DNA of 64,000 nucleotides from an uncultured Rickettsiales bacterium (GTDB lineage Bacteria; Pseudomonadota; Alphaproteobacteria; Rickettsiales; UBA1997): NCBI GenBank assembly GCA_944391025.1, contig CALXSC010000088.1, positions 8,278 to 72,277 of the forward strand, read 5' to 3'. Shown piece by piece: positions 42,781 to 51,931 of this stretch (position 1 is its first letter; each line of letters starts with the position of its first letter). The notes under the pieces were generated by a model. It saw only the letters and a program-made list of their open reading frames with translations, ran no database searches and was not told where the DNA came from. The position numbers and the translations under genes were made by a program.

Positions 42781-44889
42781 TTAATTCTCTTCTTTAATCG
42801 TCTTTTTGGCAATCTTAGAAATCTTTTTTCTAAATTTAATACTATTTATAATAGCTTTATGGATAGGAAGGGTTCCGTCGCCATCCTTTAAATCCTTTAG
42901 ATCTAATAGAGTAGTCCAGTCAGAAACCAACAACCTTTCAGCGCTTGTCTTTGCTAAAGTTATCTTCTCTAGTTTTGTCAAATATTTAACAAATGACAAA
43001 TCCCTAACCTGTGTACAATTTTCTAAATATATTTCTTTTAAATTCTTACAAAACCTTAGTGGCGTAACATCAGCAATACCAAAGCAATCATTAAAATCAA
43101 CCTCTTCAAGCTTTTGGCAATATTGTAGCGGCGATATATCTTTTAACTTTTTATTAAAATTAGACTCAAAAACTTCCAAGCTATCCAGTTCTTTAACAAC
43201 AGAAATATCCTCTATTAGCATAGCAACAGTTATTGTCTTTCCAGACTTTGCCCCGCTAACTATAAGTTTTTTAAGTTTTTTCATTTTATGCAGTGGCGAT
43301 AAATCAGTCAAACTAGGATTTGTTGAAAGATTTAAAATCTGCAGCTTAGTCATATTTTCCAAAGGTCTTAAATCATTTATTGCATTTCCGCTAAGCTCTA
43401 ATTCAGCCATTTCTGTCATATTTCTAAAATGCTCTAAATTTCTGATAACCCTATTTCTTAAACCCAAAAATTTCATCTTAACCAAATTATCAAAGCATGC
43501 CAGATTTTGTTCAGATAAAGCCAGAGGACAAAAATCCATAGTAAAAACTTCCAAATTAGTTAAATTTCTGATTGGACTTAGATCTTCAATCCTTGTAAAA
43601 TTAAGGTTCAAATATGACAATTTTTTCATATTAACAACAGAGTTGATATTTCTTAAAGCATTGCACGAATCAAGATCTAAAGCCCTTAATTCGGTAAAAT
43701 CCGCCAACTCATCTATGTGGTCTAAACTAGTGCAGCCCCAAAGAACCAGTTCATGAAGGTTTGGACATGACTCTATTCCACTTAAATTTTTAATCCTATT
43801 CATCTTTAGGTTTAAAACTTCCAAATTAGGCAATGTAGGAAATCCTTGCAAGCTTTCTATAGCAGTAGCGCCCAAATTCAATACTCTAAGACTCTTTAAA
43901 TTATTTAAAAAAGATACATCAGATAGATTTGGTGAGCCTGATAGATCCAATTCTTCCAAGTCATTTAATCTACTAATTATTGAATAATCAGTAATTGATT
44001 GGCAATCAGATGCATCTAGATACTTGGTATTAGGCCTTTCATTTACATAATTTATTAAATCCTGATTATTGGCATGGATATCCAGCCTTTCAAATGGCTC
44101 TTTTTCATATCTATCTTTCAAATCATATGCAACCGCTATTGGCCTTGATATAGCCAAAGACATTATGGTAGAAAATTCTTTTTTCTCTTCCGTCGGTTCA
44201 ACCTTTTTCTCAGCAGAAACAACATTGGCATTGTCATTCTTTACAACGTTAGCAGCATCATTCTTTATAACATTTGCGCTCAAAGTAGGTTTTGAATTTG
44301 AAGTAAAGAGAGCATCGTCACTTTTCTCCTTAAGAGAAACAGCTGGTTTTGATGATGTAATTGGGTCTGGCTTTGCGTCAGGCGTCAATCCTATTTCCTT
44401 AAGCATAGCGTCAAGTTGGCTCTGGTCAACTGTTACTTTTTTATCAATAATCTGTCCTTCCTCAGAAAAATGTTTATTAACATAGCCATCAATTGCGTTA
44501 GATTCGTCAGGTGGAAGGATATCATCAACCTTCATATTAGTACTTTTTAAAAGCCCATCAATTTCACTATCAATAGAAGCAAAATCTACAGGTTTTCTAA
44601 GAGAATCAACGGTTTTTCTTAGTGAATCTTCATCTTTCTTTGTCTCATTAATTAGATTTTGATCAACATTATTGACTACAAGTTCCTGTTCGTCTATTTT
44701 ATCTTTTTTTGGTTCGACACCATAGTTATTTACAGCTGATACATTTTTCATTATATCTTTCGTATCAATCTCATCAAACTTATCACCAAAATCATCTATT
44801 AAAGCCTTAGAAACAGCCGACTTTCTAACAAAAGTATTCGCTTCTTCTTCTGCCTCTTTACCCTTTTTTCCAAAACCAAAAATTGACAT
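42781..44889 (-). CDS. Leucine-rich repeat protein (internalin-like LRRs) with low-complexity N-terminus
   Basis: Tandem LxxLxxLxLxxNxIxDLxxL / LxLxxCxxL repeats over the C-terminal ~400 aa. Confidence 0.88.
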   Translation of the reverse strand: MSIFGFGKKGKEAEEEANTFVRKSAVSKALIDDFGDKFDEIDTKDIMKNVSAVNNYGVEPKKDKIDEQELVVNNVDQNLINETKKDEDSLRKTVDSLRKPVDFASIDSEIDGLLKSTNMKVDDILPPDESNAIDGYVNKHFSEEGQIIDKKVTVDQSQLDAMLKEIGLTPDAKPDPITSSKPAVSLKEKSDDALFTSNSKPTLSANVIKNDAANVVKNDNANVVSAEKKVEPTEEKKEFSTIMSLAISRPIAVAYDLKDRYEKEPFERLDIHANNQDLINYVNERPNTKYLDASDCQSITDYSIISRLNDLEELDLSGSPNLSDVSFLNNLKSLRVLNLGATAIESLQGFPTLPNLEVLNLKMNRIKNLSGIESCPNLHELVLWGCTSLDHIDELADFTELRALDLDSCNALRNINSVVNMKKLSYLNLNFTRIEDLSPIRNLTNLEVFTMDFCPLALSEQNLACFDNLVKMKFLGLRNRVIRNLEHFRNMTEMAELELSGNAINDLRPLENMTKLQILNLSTNPSLTDLSPLHKMKKLKKLIVSGAKSGKTITVAMLIEDISVVKELDSLEVFESNFNKKLKDISPLQYCQKLEEVDFNDCFGIADVTPLRFCKNLKEIYLENCTQVRDLSFVKYLTKLEKITLAKTSAERLLVSDWTTLLDLKDLKDGDGTLPIHKAIINSIKFRKKISKIAKKTIKEEN

Positions 44890-45068
44890 AATAAGCTTTT
44901 TTATTACTTAGTGCAAATAATAATAGTAAAAAACATAAAAATCAACAAAATATAATTATAAAATAGCTAATCATATATTTAAAAGACAATAATGATTTTA
45001 TAATAAATAATGTTGATTTTTTAAAAACAAATTACTACAATTGTAAGACACAATAAAAAAGGAAAAAT

Positions 45069-45530
45069 ATGAATTGGGACGAATATTTTATGGAATTAGC
45101 AAAGACAGCCGCATTAAAATCTGAAGATCCTTCAACACAGGTGGGCTGCGTTATAGTTAGTCCAAACAATGAGGTAGTATCATGCGGATTCAACAATTTT
45201 CCAATTAATGCAAATCCTGAATATATGACATCTGAAAAGCCAATGAGATATTTGTTGTCAGTGCATGCAGAGATGAGGGCGCTAATATATGCAAAAAGGT
45301 CAATTGAAGGATGCAGAGCATACGTTACCCATGCAAGCTGTGAAAACTGCCTAAAACATCTAATAGTTGCTGGTATCAAGGAAATAATCTACGACAAACT
45401 ATTCACAAACGGAAAGTTTATTGATGGCGAAAGAATAGAAGCAATAACAAGGCTCATGAAAGCTACTGGAATTACAAATAGAAACATGCAAGGCAAAAGT
45501 TTCCTGGACGATATAAAAGAAAACTCATAA
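45069..45530 (+). CDS. dCMP deaminase family protein
   Basis: WDEYFM, SEDPSTQVG, HAE, CENC. Confidence 0.9.
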   Translation: MNWDEYFMELAKTAALKSEDPSTQVGCVIVSPNNEVVSCGFNNFPINANPEYMTSEKPMRYLLSVHAEMRALIYAKRSIEGCRAYVTHASCENCLKHLIVAGIKEIIYDKLFTNGKFIDGERIEAITRLMKATGITNRNMQGKSFLDDIKENS

Positions 45531-45591
45531 TTTTTCAATTTTTTATACATTAATGGGAAAAATATTATATTTTTCCATTTTTTGTATTTTT

Positions 45592-46418
45592 CTAAATATC
45601 CAACTTTATGAAAGTTAAATAGCAGCCTCTTCTAGTAGATATTGCATTTTCGTAATCATTTTTTCCATCGGCGCTGCTTCCTTTGCAGTTAGAAAGAATA
45701 TTTCCTGAACTATAAACGCCATCATCAAGTTTTTCATCTAAAGATTTAAAAATTTTAGCAATATGTGTCGTACTCATAGTTCCATCGTTTAAAACCCTAT
45801 ATGAAAAATAATTGTTATTTTTTGATGGCGAATATTCATAATATAAAAATAAAGTTGGTTCAGCGCTTGATAATGGTATACCGCCAGCAAAATATGTATC
45901 TGTAATGCTATTTTCGCCAGCGCTTTTTTTAGGCTGAAAATCAATTATCTTTTCAAGATACATATCTACAAATGGCGCAGATATTGAACTTGGTATACTA
46001 TAGTCAACATTGCTTCCATCATATGGCGGAGGAAAGCTCTTATTATTATATCTCTGTCCAGAACCATACCCAATTTTTCCACTGTCATTTAAGTCGCCTG
46101 GCAATCTATCCTTTAAAACTATAAATGAATATATTGCCTGCTTATATCCCCTCACTTCATTCATTACAGCCCTATTCTTTGCGCTCTCAATCAAACTAGC
46201 CCCGCCTGTTACGCCTGCAACCAGGAGACCTATTATTATTAATACTATTGATAGTTCTATCAGAGAAAAAGCTAAAGTTTTTGATTTATTGTTTAATATT
46301 TTTGAATTTTTAAAGATTTGATTATTATCAAAATAATTATCATTATTTTGATTTAAAGATATTTTTTGAGTTTTTAATAATTTGACCCCCTCCCCCGAAT
46401 TTTAGAGAATTTTGTCAT
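45592..46418 (-). CDS. Type IV pilin-like gene copy 2, out of frame at an interrupted G5AG5 tract
   Basis: ATG 46418 reads MTKFSKIRGRGSNY*; the frame from 46386 is open through LA/FSLIELSIVLIIIGLLVAGVTGGASLIESAK to 45592. Confidence 0.85.
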
Positions 46419-46508
46419 ATTTTGTATTGTATTAGTAATATATAACAAAAAAATATATTAGCCATTATTAAAATCAAGATTTTTATCATATAACTAGAAT
46501 ATTAAAGA

Positions 46509-46880
46509 TTATAGCTCATCTATATAAATTGTAAAATCTGGATTAATAGTAAATTCCAATATATTTTTATTATCCTTAACGTCAAGCCTGCCAGAGGTTA
46601 TATCTCCAAAATCACCTGACATACTAACATTCTCAAATACATAGCTGTCTTCGTTTAAATAACCCCTGTCTGCCTGTATATACTCAAATCCATCATTTTC
46701 TATTTGAACCCTGGGATTAAGAACAAATCTATTGTACTCCACATCACCATCGCCAATAATACTTATATCGTGGTTCATTAAAGAAAAATCATATATAAAC
46801 TTTACACCAAGCAAAAAAATAACCAATATTAAAAAACGATAAAATATATAATAAATTTTTAGCTTTAAAAACTCTTTCAT
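46509..46880 (-). CDS. Small membrane-anchored protein, LptC-like
   Basis: Single N-terminal TM, VLNP..., beta-rich C-terminus ending NPDFTIY. Confidence 0.5.
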   Translation of the reverse strand: MKEFLKLKIYYIFYRFLILVIFLLGVKFIYDFSLMNHDISIIGDGDVEYNRFVLNPRVQIENDGFEYIQADRGYLNEDSYVFENVSMSGDFGDITSGRLDVKDNKNILEFTINPDFTIYIDEL

Positions 46881-46893
46881 ATTTTAATATATT

Positions 46894-48249
46894 TTATTTT
46901 TTTATCCAATCAGGGTCAGTAGCGCCTTGGTTTAAAGGAGTTGGAATTTTGTATTCTATACCAGTCAAAATGTCTATAGTATAAATGCCTGGGATACTAG
47001 CCTTTCCAAAAGGCCCCCTCTGTTTGGAATATATTAAATATCTTCCATTAGGCGACCATTTGATACCCTCAACCAAATATGCGCTCATGATGTTTCTTTC
47101 ACTTTCCCCCTTGGGAGTCATTAGACCGATAGAGAATTCGCCTCTTTCTAATTTTACGAAAGATATTAGTTTTCCATCAGGAGACCAACTTGGTTTATCA
47201 TAGGTTCCCCTGCCCTTACTTATCATTTCAACGTTATCACCATTTTTATCCATTATATATAGCTTTCTAACACCTGTTTTATCAGATACAAAAACTATTT
47301 TTTCACCATCAGGAGACCAGCTAGGAACCGTTGATATAGCCCTATCAAATGTAAGCTGTTTAATTCGCCCGTCATCAAAATTTAACTTATAAATATTTGA
47401 TATACCATCCTTTGTTGCAGAGAATACTATCTCATTATTGCCATTTGGATTAAAATTAGGTGCATAGGTCATTTCTCCAACATTTCCTATAAGGCTCAAC
47501 TGGTTATTTAACAAATCAAGTTTATACAAATGTGGTTTATCATTTTTATATTCCAGATATATAACTTCATTTTTATTATACCTAGAAAACACTGGGGTTA
47601 ATACTAAATTTTCTCCATTTGTAATATAGTGCAGATTACTTCCGTCAAAATCAACCATAGCGATTCTTTTTTGCCTTTCTTTAACCTTACCAGTTTCAGA
47701 TGTAAATATAATTTTACTATCAAAATGTCCTGACATTTCACCGGTTAAAAATTCATATATATTATCAGCAATTATATCGCCCACCCTTTTCCAATTGCTT
47801 TCATTTATTATATAGTATTTGCCAAACAGCTCCCTCTGGTCCAATATGTCCCATAGTCTAATTTTAAGCTCTATTTTATTTTCCTGATTAATTTCCAAAA
47901 ATCCGCTCAAAACCGCATCAACAGTAGTTTTTGAATATTTAGAAACAACCAAATTAGTCAAGTCGCTATTACTTAAATTTTTAACATCATCGTAATTCTT
48001 GTATATACTATTCCTAGAATTTTGTACAGAAAATAGACCGGTTGTATTTAAGTCGCCTTTAATAGTTTTTAAAATTTTTTCAATTATATCCGTACTGCCA
48101 GAATTAGAACCCACATAGTCAAATTTTTCAAAAACAATATTAATTTTCTTTACTTCAGTATTATCTATATCAATAGTCAAATCATTAGCAGCAAATGAAG
48201 CGCTAATAGTTAAAACCATAATAAAGATAAAATAATATATTTTTTTCAT
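46894..48249 (-). CDS. tolB: Tol-Pal system protein TolB
   Basis: Signal peptide, FDSKIIF, PD40 repeats (PSWSPDG), position after tolQRA. Confidence 0.93.
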   Translation of the reverse strand: MKKIYYFIFIMVLTISASFAANDLTIDIDNTEVKKINIVFEKFDYVGSNSGSTDIIEKILKTIKGDLNTTGLFSVQNSRNSIYKNYDDVKNLSNSDLTNLVVSKYSKTTVDAVLSGFLEINQENKIELKIRLWDILDQRELFGKYYIINESNWKRVGDIIADNIYEFLTGEMSGHFDSKIIFTSETGKVKERQKRIAMVDFDGSNLHYITNGENLVLTPVFSRYNKNEVIYLEYKNDKPHLYKLDLLNNQLSLIGNVGEMTYAPNFNPNGNNEIVFSATKDGISNIYKLNFDDGRIKQLTFDRAISTVPSWSPDGEKIVFVSDKTGVRKLYIMDKNGDNVEMISKGRGTYDKPSWSPDGKLISFVKLERGEFSIGLMTPKGESERNIMSAYLVEGIKWSPNGRYLIYSKQRGPFGKASIPGIYTIDILTGIEYKIPTPLNQGATDPDWIKK

Positions 48250-48252
48250 TTC

Positions 48253-49374
48253 CTACTCCAAATTGTTACTATCAAAAACAAACGTCATCTGTTTCCAAGA
48301 CCTATATTTACCAATAGGCAACCCCCTTAATGGACTGCAAAAAACTAAAGCCGATTTAGCATTTTCCAATGCAACGTCAAAACCTGCTTTATCAAAATTA
48401 TCAACAATTTTATTCACCTTAATACTATTCATATTAATAATACCATCCTGTTCAACCTTAACTGTCAGCGCAACAATAGCCTTACTATCTTTTTTACTCC
48501 TCAAAATAGCCATCTTATAGCACCCCTTTATTTGCCTCTGAATATTCCTCTTCTCCCTCAATGACAACATATATTTTGTATCAGCCTTGTTGTCATCAAT
48601 CTCCTTTAGCTTTTTATAATCTTCTTCACTAAAAATTTGATCCTCACTTAATCCCTTATATTTATCATCAATTATATTGTTAGCAACGCTAATTTCTGTA
48701 ATAAGCTCATTTATATCTAAGCTTGAATCATCTTCAACATTATTTTCATTAATAATAGTATCAACTACTTTCTTTTCTTTTTCAAGCTTTTTTTCTACTT
48801 TTTTATCTTTTCTAACAACCAGTGGTTTTTGTGAAACCTTAATAATATCATTCATAGATTTTATCTGTTTGAGGTTTGCAGTATCAACCTTTGGAACAAT
48901 ATTTTTTTCTTTCATCTTTTTCCTCAGCTCCTCCCTCTTTAGCCTATTTTCTATAAGTTTTCTCTTCTCCTCTGTATTAACCTTATCCTCAGCGACATAA
49001 ACCGGAGTATAGTAATATGAAAATTCATTCTCATCATTGCTGCTAACGCTAGCCTCATCTTCAACCTTCTTTTTTGCAACTTTCTTGGTTGACTTTTCAT
49101 ATATTATCTTATTATTTTTTTCAGCATCTTTCACCGCTTTTATTTTATTATATAGTTCAATCTTCTCGTCTATACTTAAATCCTTAACCCTAGAATCCTC
49201 ACTCTTAGTTTTTATTTCTTTTATATTGTCAATTATGTTTTCATTTAGGAAATTTATAGTCAAAGGCGTTGCTTCTGTCTTTACAATTTTAGTATCAAAT
49301 TCAACAGTGGACAAAAATAGCAATGCTATAAACATTATATGGAAAAAAAAAGAATATAATAAATTTCTTAACAT
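48253..49374 (-). CDS. tolA: TolA-like envelope protein
   Basis: N-terminal TM with SxxxH, K/E-rich linker, C-terminal CSPL..LP..KY..WK..TFVFD. Confidence 0.75.
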   Translation of the reverse strand: MLRNLLYSFFFHIMFIALLFLSTVEFDTKIVKTEATPLTINFLNENIIDNIKEIKTKSEDSRVKDLSIDEKIELYNKIKAVKDAEKNNKIIYEKSTKKVAKKKVEDEASVSSNDENEFSYYYTPVYVAEDKVNTEEKRKLIENRLKREELRKKMKEKNIVPKVDTANLKQIKSMNDIIKVSQKPLVVRKDKKVEKKLEKEKKVVDTIINENNVEDDSSLDINELITEISVANNIIDDKYKGLSEDQIFSEEDYKKLKEIDDNKADTKYMLSLREKRNIQRQIKGCYKMAILRSKKDSKAIVALTVKVEQDGIINMNSIKVNKIVDNFDKAGFDVALENAKSALVFCSPLRGLPIGKYRSWKQMTFVFDSNNLE

Positions 49375-49390
49375 AACAAATTACTATAAA

Positions 49391-49810
49391 TTATACCTTT
49401 GTCAAATCTGTAACTAAAGTTACATCAAAAAAACCAGCGTTATAAATTGCACTAACAACCGTTATAACCCTATTATAGGTTATATCCTTATCTGCCTTCA
49501 CAAATATTTTTATATCCCTTTCGCCCATAGTCAATTCAGACAGCTTATTAGCCAAAGTATTAAGTTTTATTTGATCCTTTTCTAAATATATACTGCCATC
49601 TTTCCTGATACTAACAACTAGCGGTTCCCTCTTAACAACTATTATTTCAGCAGCTCCTTTTGGAAGTTCAATATTTACACCACCAAGCATAATAGGAGAA
49701 GCTATTAAAAAAACCATTAATAAGCAAAATAATACATCTACGAATGGAGCAAAATTAACATAATTATTACCCCTATCTCTTTTTAATTTTCTTCTAAGAC
49801 TATTATTCAT
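49391..49810 (-). CDS. tolR: TolR/ExbD family protein
   Basis: NFAPFVDVLFCLLMVF, ELPK, ADK..TY; ATG 49810. Confidence 0.88.
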   Translation of the reverse strand: MNNSLRRKLKRDRGNNYVNFAPFVDVLFCLLMVFLIASPIMLGGVNIELPKGAAEIIVVKREPLVVSIRKDGSIYLEKDQIKLNTLANKLSELTMGERDIKIFVKADKDITYNRVITVVSAIYNAGFFDVTLVTDLTKV

Positions 49811-49834
49811 ATCAGACCCCCTGAAAAATAAATC

Positions 49835-49974
49835 TTTTTCCAAAAAACAAATTATACAAAAAAAACAAGAAACCTATAAAGTCTTTAACAGGGGCAGTAT
49901 AAATATATCGCTCATTATTAAAAAACTTGGAACTTTGCAGAACTTTGAAATATAATTTAAAATTTTGTGAAAAA
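49835..49974. repeat. ~140-bp MITE-like element, degenerate copy B in the tolQ-tolR intergenic space
   Basis: Aligns end to end with 41515-41654. Confidence 0.6.
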
Positions 49975-50039
49975 TTATTAATTGTCATGATAATATAGCT
50001 TTTGTTAATTAATTTATAATTTCTTTTATAAGGCCTGCT

Positions 50040-50732
50040 TCATTGATCTAATTCTCTTGATAAAATTGTTAAAACATCAGAGCTAAAATTCATCATCTGA
50101 TCCTCAAAATTATTTATTTTTATATTATAAATACTATAAAAAATAGTAGCTGGAATAGCCGCAATCAGACCAAAAATAGTTGTAATTAAAGCAGTAGCAA
50201 TCCCAGGAGCTATAACAATTAAGCTACTATCCTGCATTGTAGAAATTGAAAGAAAGCTATTCATCAATCCCCAAACAGTTCCAAACAATCCAAAAAAAGT
50301 AGCAGTGGTTGAAACCACCAGTAAAAATGTCATACCGTATTTTAATTTAGCCATAGATTTTACAAGTGCAACCTCCATAACCGAAGCAAGCCTCTCTTTT
50401 AACGAATTCTTTTTGGCAGCATCTCCGCTTTTAACTATCGCCAACACATTGGAACTTTCCCATTCCTGCATAGCAGCAACAAAAATCATAGCAGAAGGAT
50501 AATTGGCACTAGTCTTAACCTGTTTATAAATATCCTCCAACATTTTTCCCGACCAAAATAGTTTATCAAATTTATCGGTTTTTATTTTCAATAGCCTAAA
50601 CTTAAATATCTTATCAAAAACAATAGACCAGCTCCATACAGAATAAAAAACCAATATAATATAAATTGTTATTTCTATGGCATCAGATTTAGCCATCATA
50701 TCAAATATTTGAAAATTTATATTTCCCGCCAT
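50040..50732 (-). CDS. tolQ: TolQ
   Basis: FDKLFWSG, FFGLFGTVWGLM, APGIATAL..T..GL.AAIPA. Confidence 0.92.
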   Translation of the reverse strand: MAGNINFQIFDMMAKSDAIEITIYIILVFYSVWSWSIVFDKIFKFRLLKIKTDKFDKLFWSGKMLEDIYKQVKTSANYPSAMIFVAAMQEWESSNVLAIVKSGDAAKKNSLKERLASVMEVALVKSMAKLKYGMTFLLVVSTTATFFGLFGTVWGLMNSFLSISTMQDSSLIVIAPGIATALITTIFGLIAAIPATIFYSIYNIKINNFEDQMMNFSSDVLTILSRELDQ

Positions 50733-50843
50733 TTTAATTTTATTTTTATTTGTTAATTCCCAATTAATCAAATTATCATTCAAATTAATATATTTGCAAG
50801 AAAAAAATTAACAAAAATCAATTATTTACAATAATAAATATAG

Positions 50844-51680
50844 TTAACGAATTTTCATAACTTCAAAAAATAATCTATCACAAACCTCACTAGTTTGATC
50901 GTTTCCACAACGATATCTAACCGTTCCAGTTAAACCATTTTCATCATCTATTTTTTTATCAACTTTCATAAATACTTTAGATAATTTTTCACCATTCAAA
51001 TTTGATGAGCTTGTCCCAATCCATAGAGTACCATATGGTATATTTTTTAAAAATTCTTGTTCAGAATTAGGCAAATAGTTTTCAAAAATATGAAATGTAA
51101 AAAACGAATCAGCAAAGCCATTTAAGCTAGGTAAAGTTTTATTAAAAATTTCTTTATCATATAAATTTACATCAGGTTTAAAACTAACTATATTTTCAAG
51201 ATATAAATCAATAAATGGAGCAACTGATACCGCTGATATTTTTGTATTATATGGCGCAGGAAAGCTTGAAATATCATAAGATTCACCTCCGCCATCATTT
51301 TTTAAATGAGGGCACATAGTTCCTCCGCACCAACCCATATAACCATCATTATTTAAATCTCCAGGCAATCTATCTTTGGCAACCCTAAAAGAAAAAACTG
51401 CACGTTTATAATTTTCAAACTCGTTAATCATATTTCTAACCTTTGCGCTCTCAATCAAACTTGCCCCGCCTGTTACGCCAGCAACCAGGAGACCTATTAT
51501 TATTAATACTATTGATAGTTCTATCAGAGAAAAAGCTAAAGCTTTTGATTTATTGTTTAATATTTTGAATTTTTAAAGATTTGATTATTATCAAAATAAT
51601 TATCATTATTTTGATTTAAAGATATTTTTTGGGTTTTTAGTAATTTGACCCCCCCCCCGAATTTTAGAGAATTTTGTCAT
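50844..51680 (-). pseudogene. Type IV pilin-like gene copy 3, G10 tract plus a 1-nt deletion in the leader
   Basis: ATG 51680 reads MTKFSKIRGGGQITKNPKNIFKSK*; leader ~97% identical to copy 2 but with A4 instead of A5 near 51565; mature pilin frame intact. Confidence 0.8.
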
Positions 51681-51931
51681 ATGATTAATTTTATCATTAA
51701 TAATATAAATAAAAATATTAGAAAATTTAATAAAGTCAGGGGAAAACAAAATAACAAAGGGTATCTATATACAAAATTAATCTAGTTTATATGGACCATG
51801 AAAAATTGGCATAATATTTTCTTCAGCAAGCGCTATGCTAGCCAACGCACGCCGCAATTTCAATGAAAAATTCCCATAACCGCGCGCCACGGCACAGGCA
51901 ACAAAAATTATAATATATAATAATGATAATA

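Noticed and set aside
42806-43756. 316-aa plus-strand ORF and many similar short antisense ORFs across the window
   Set aside because: They overlap well-supported genes on the opposite strand and have no independent motifs.
45592-51458. Diversity-generating retroelement as the source of pilin variability
   Set aside because: No reverse transcriptase and no template/variable repeat pair differing only at adenines is visible in this window.
51800-51900. C-rich intergenic patches with recurring A(A/G)CCGC words (also ~39600-39700 and ~41455)
   Set aside because: No alignable repeat or convincing fold; may reflect strand skew in decayed DNA.
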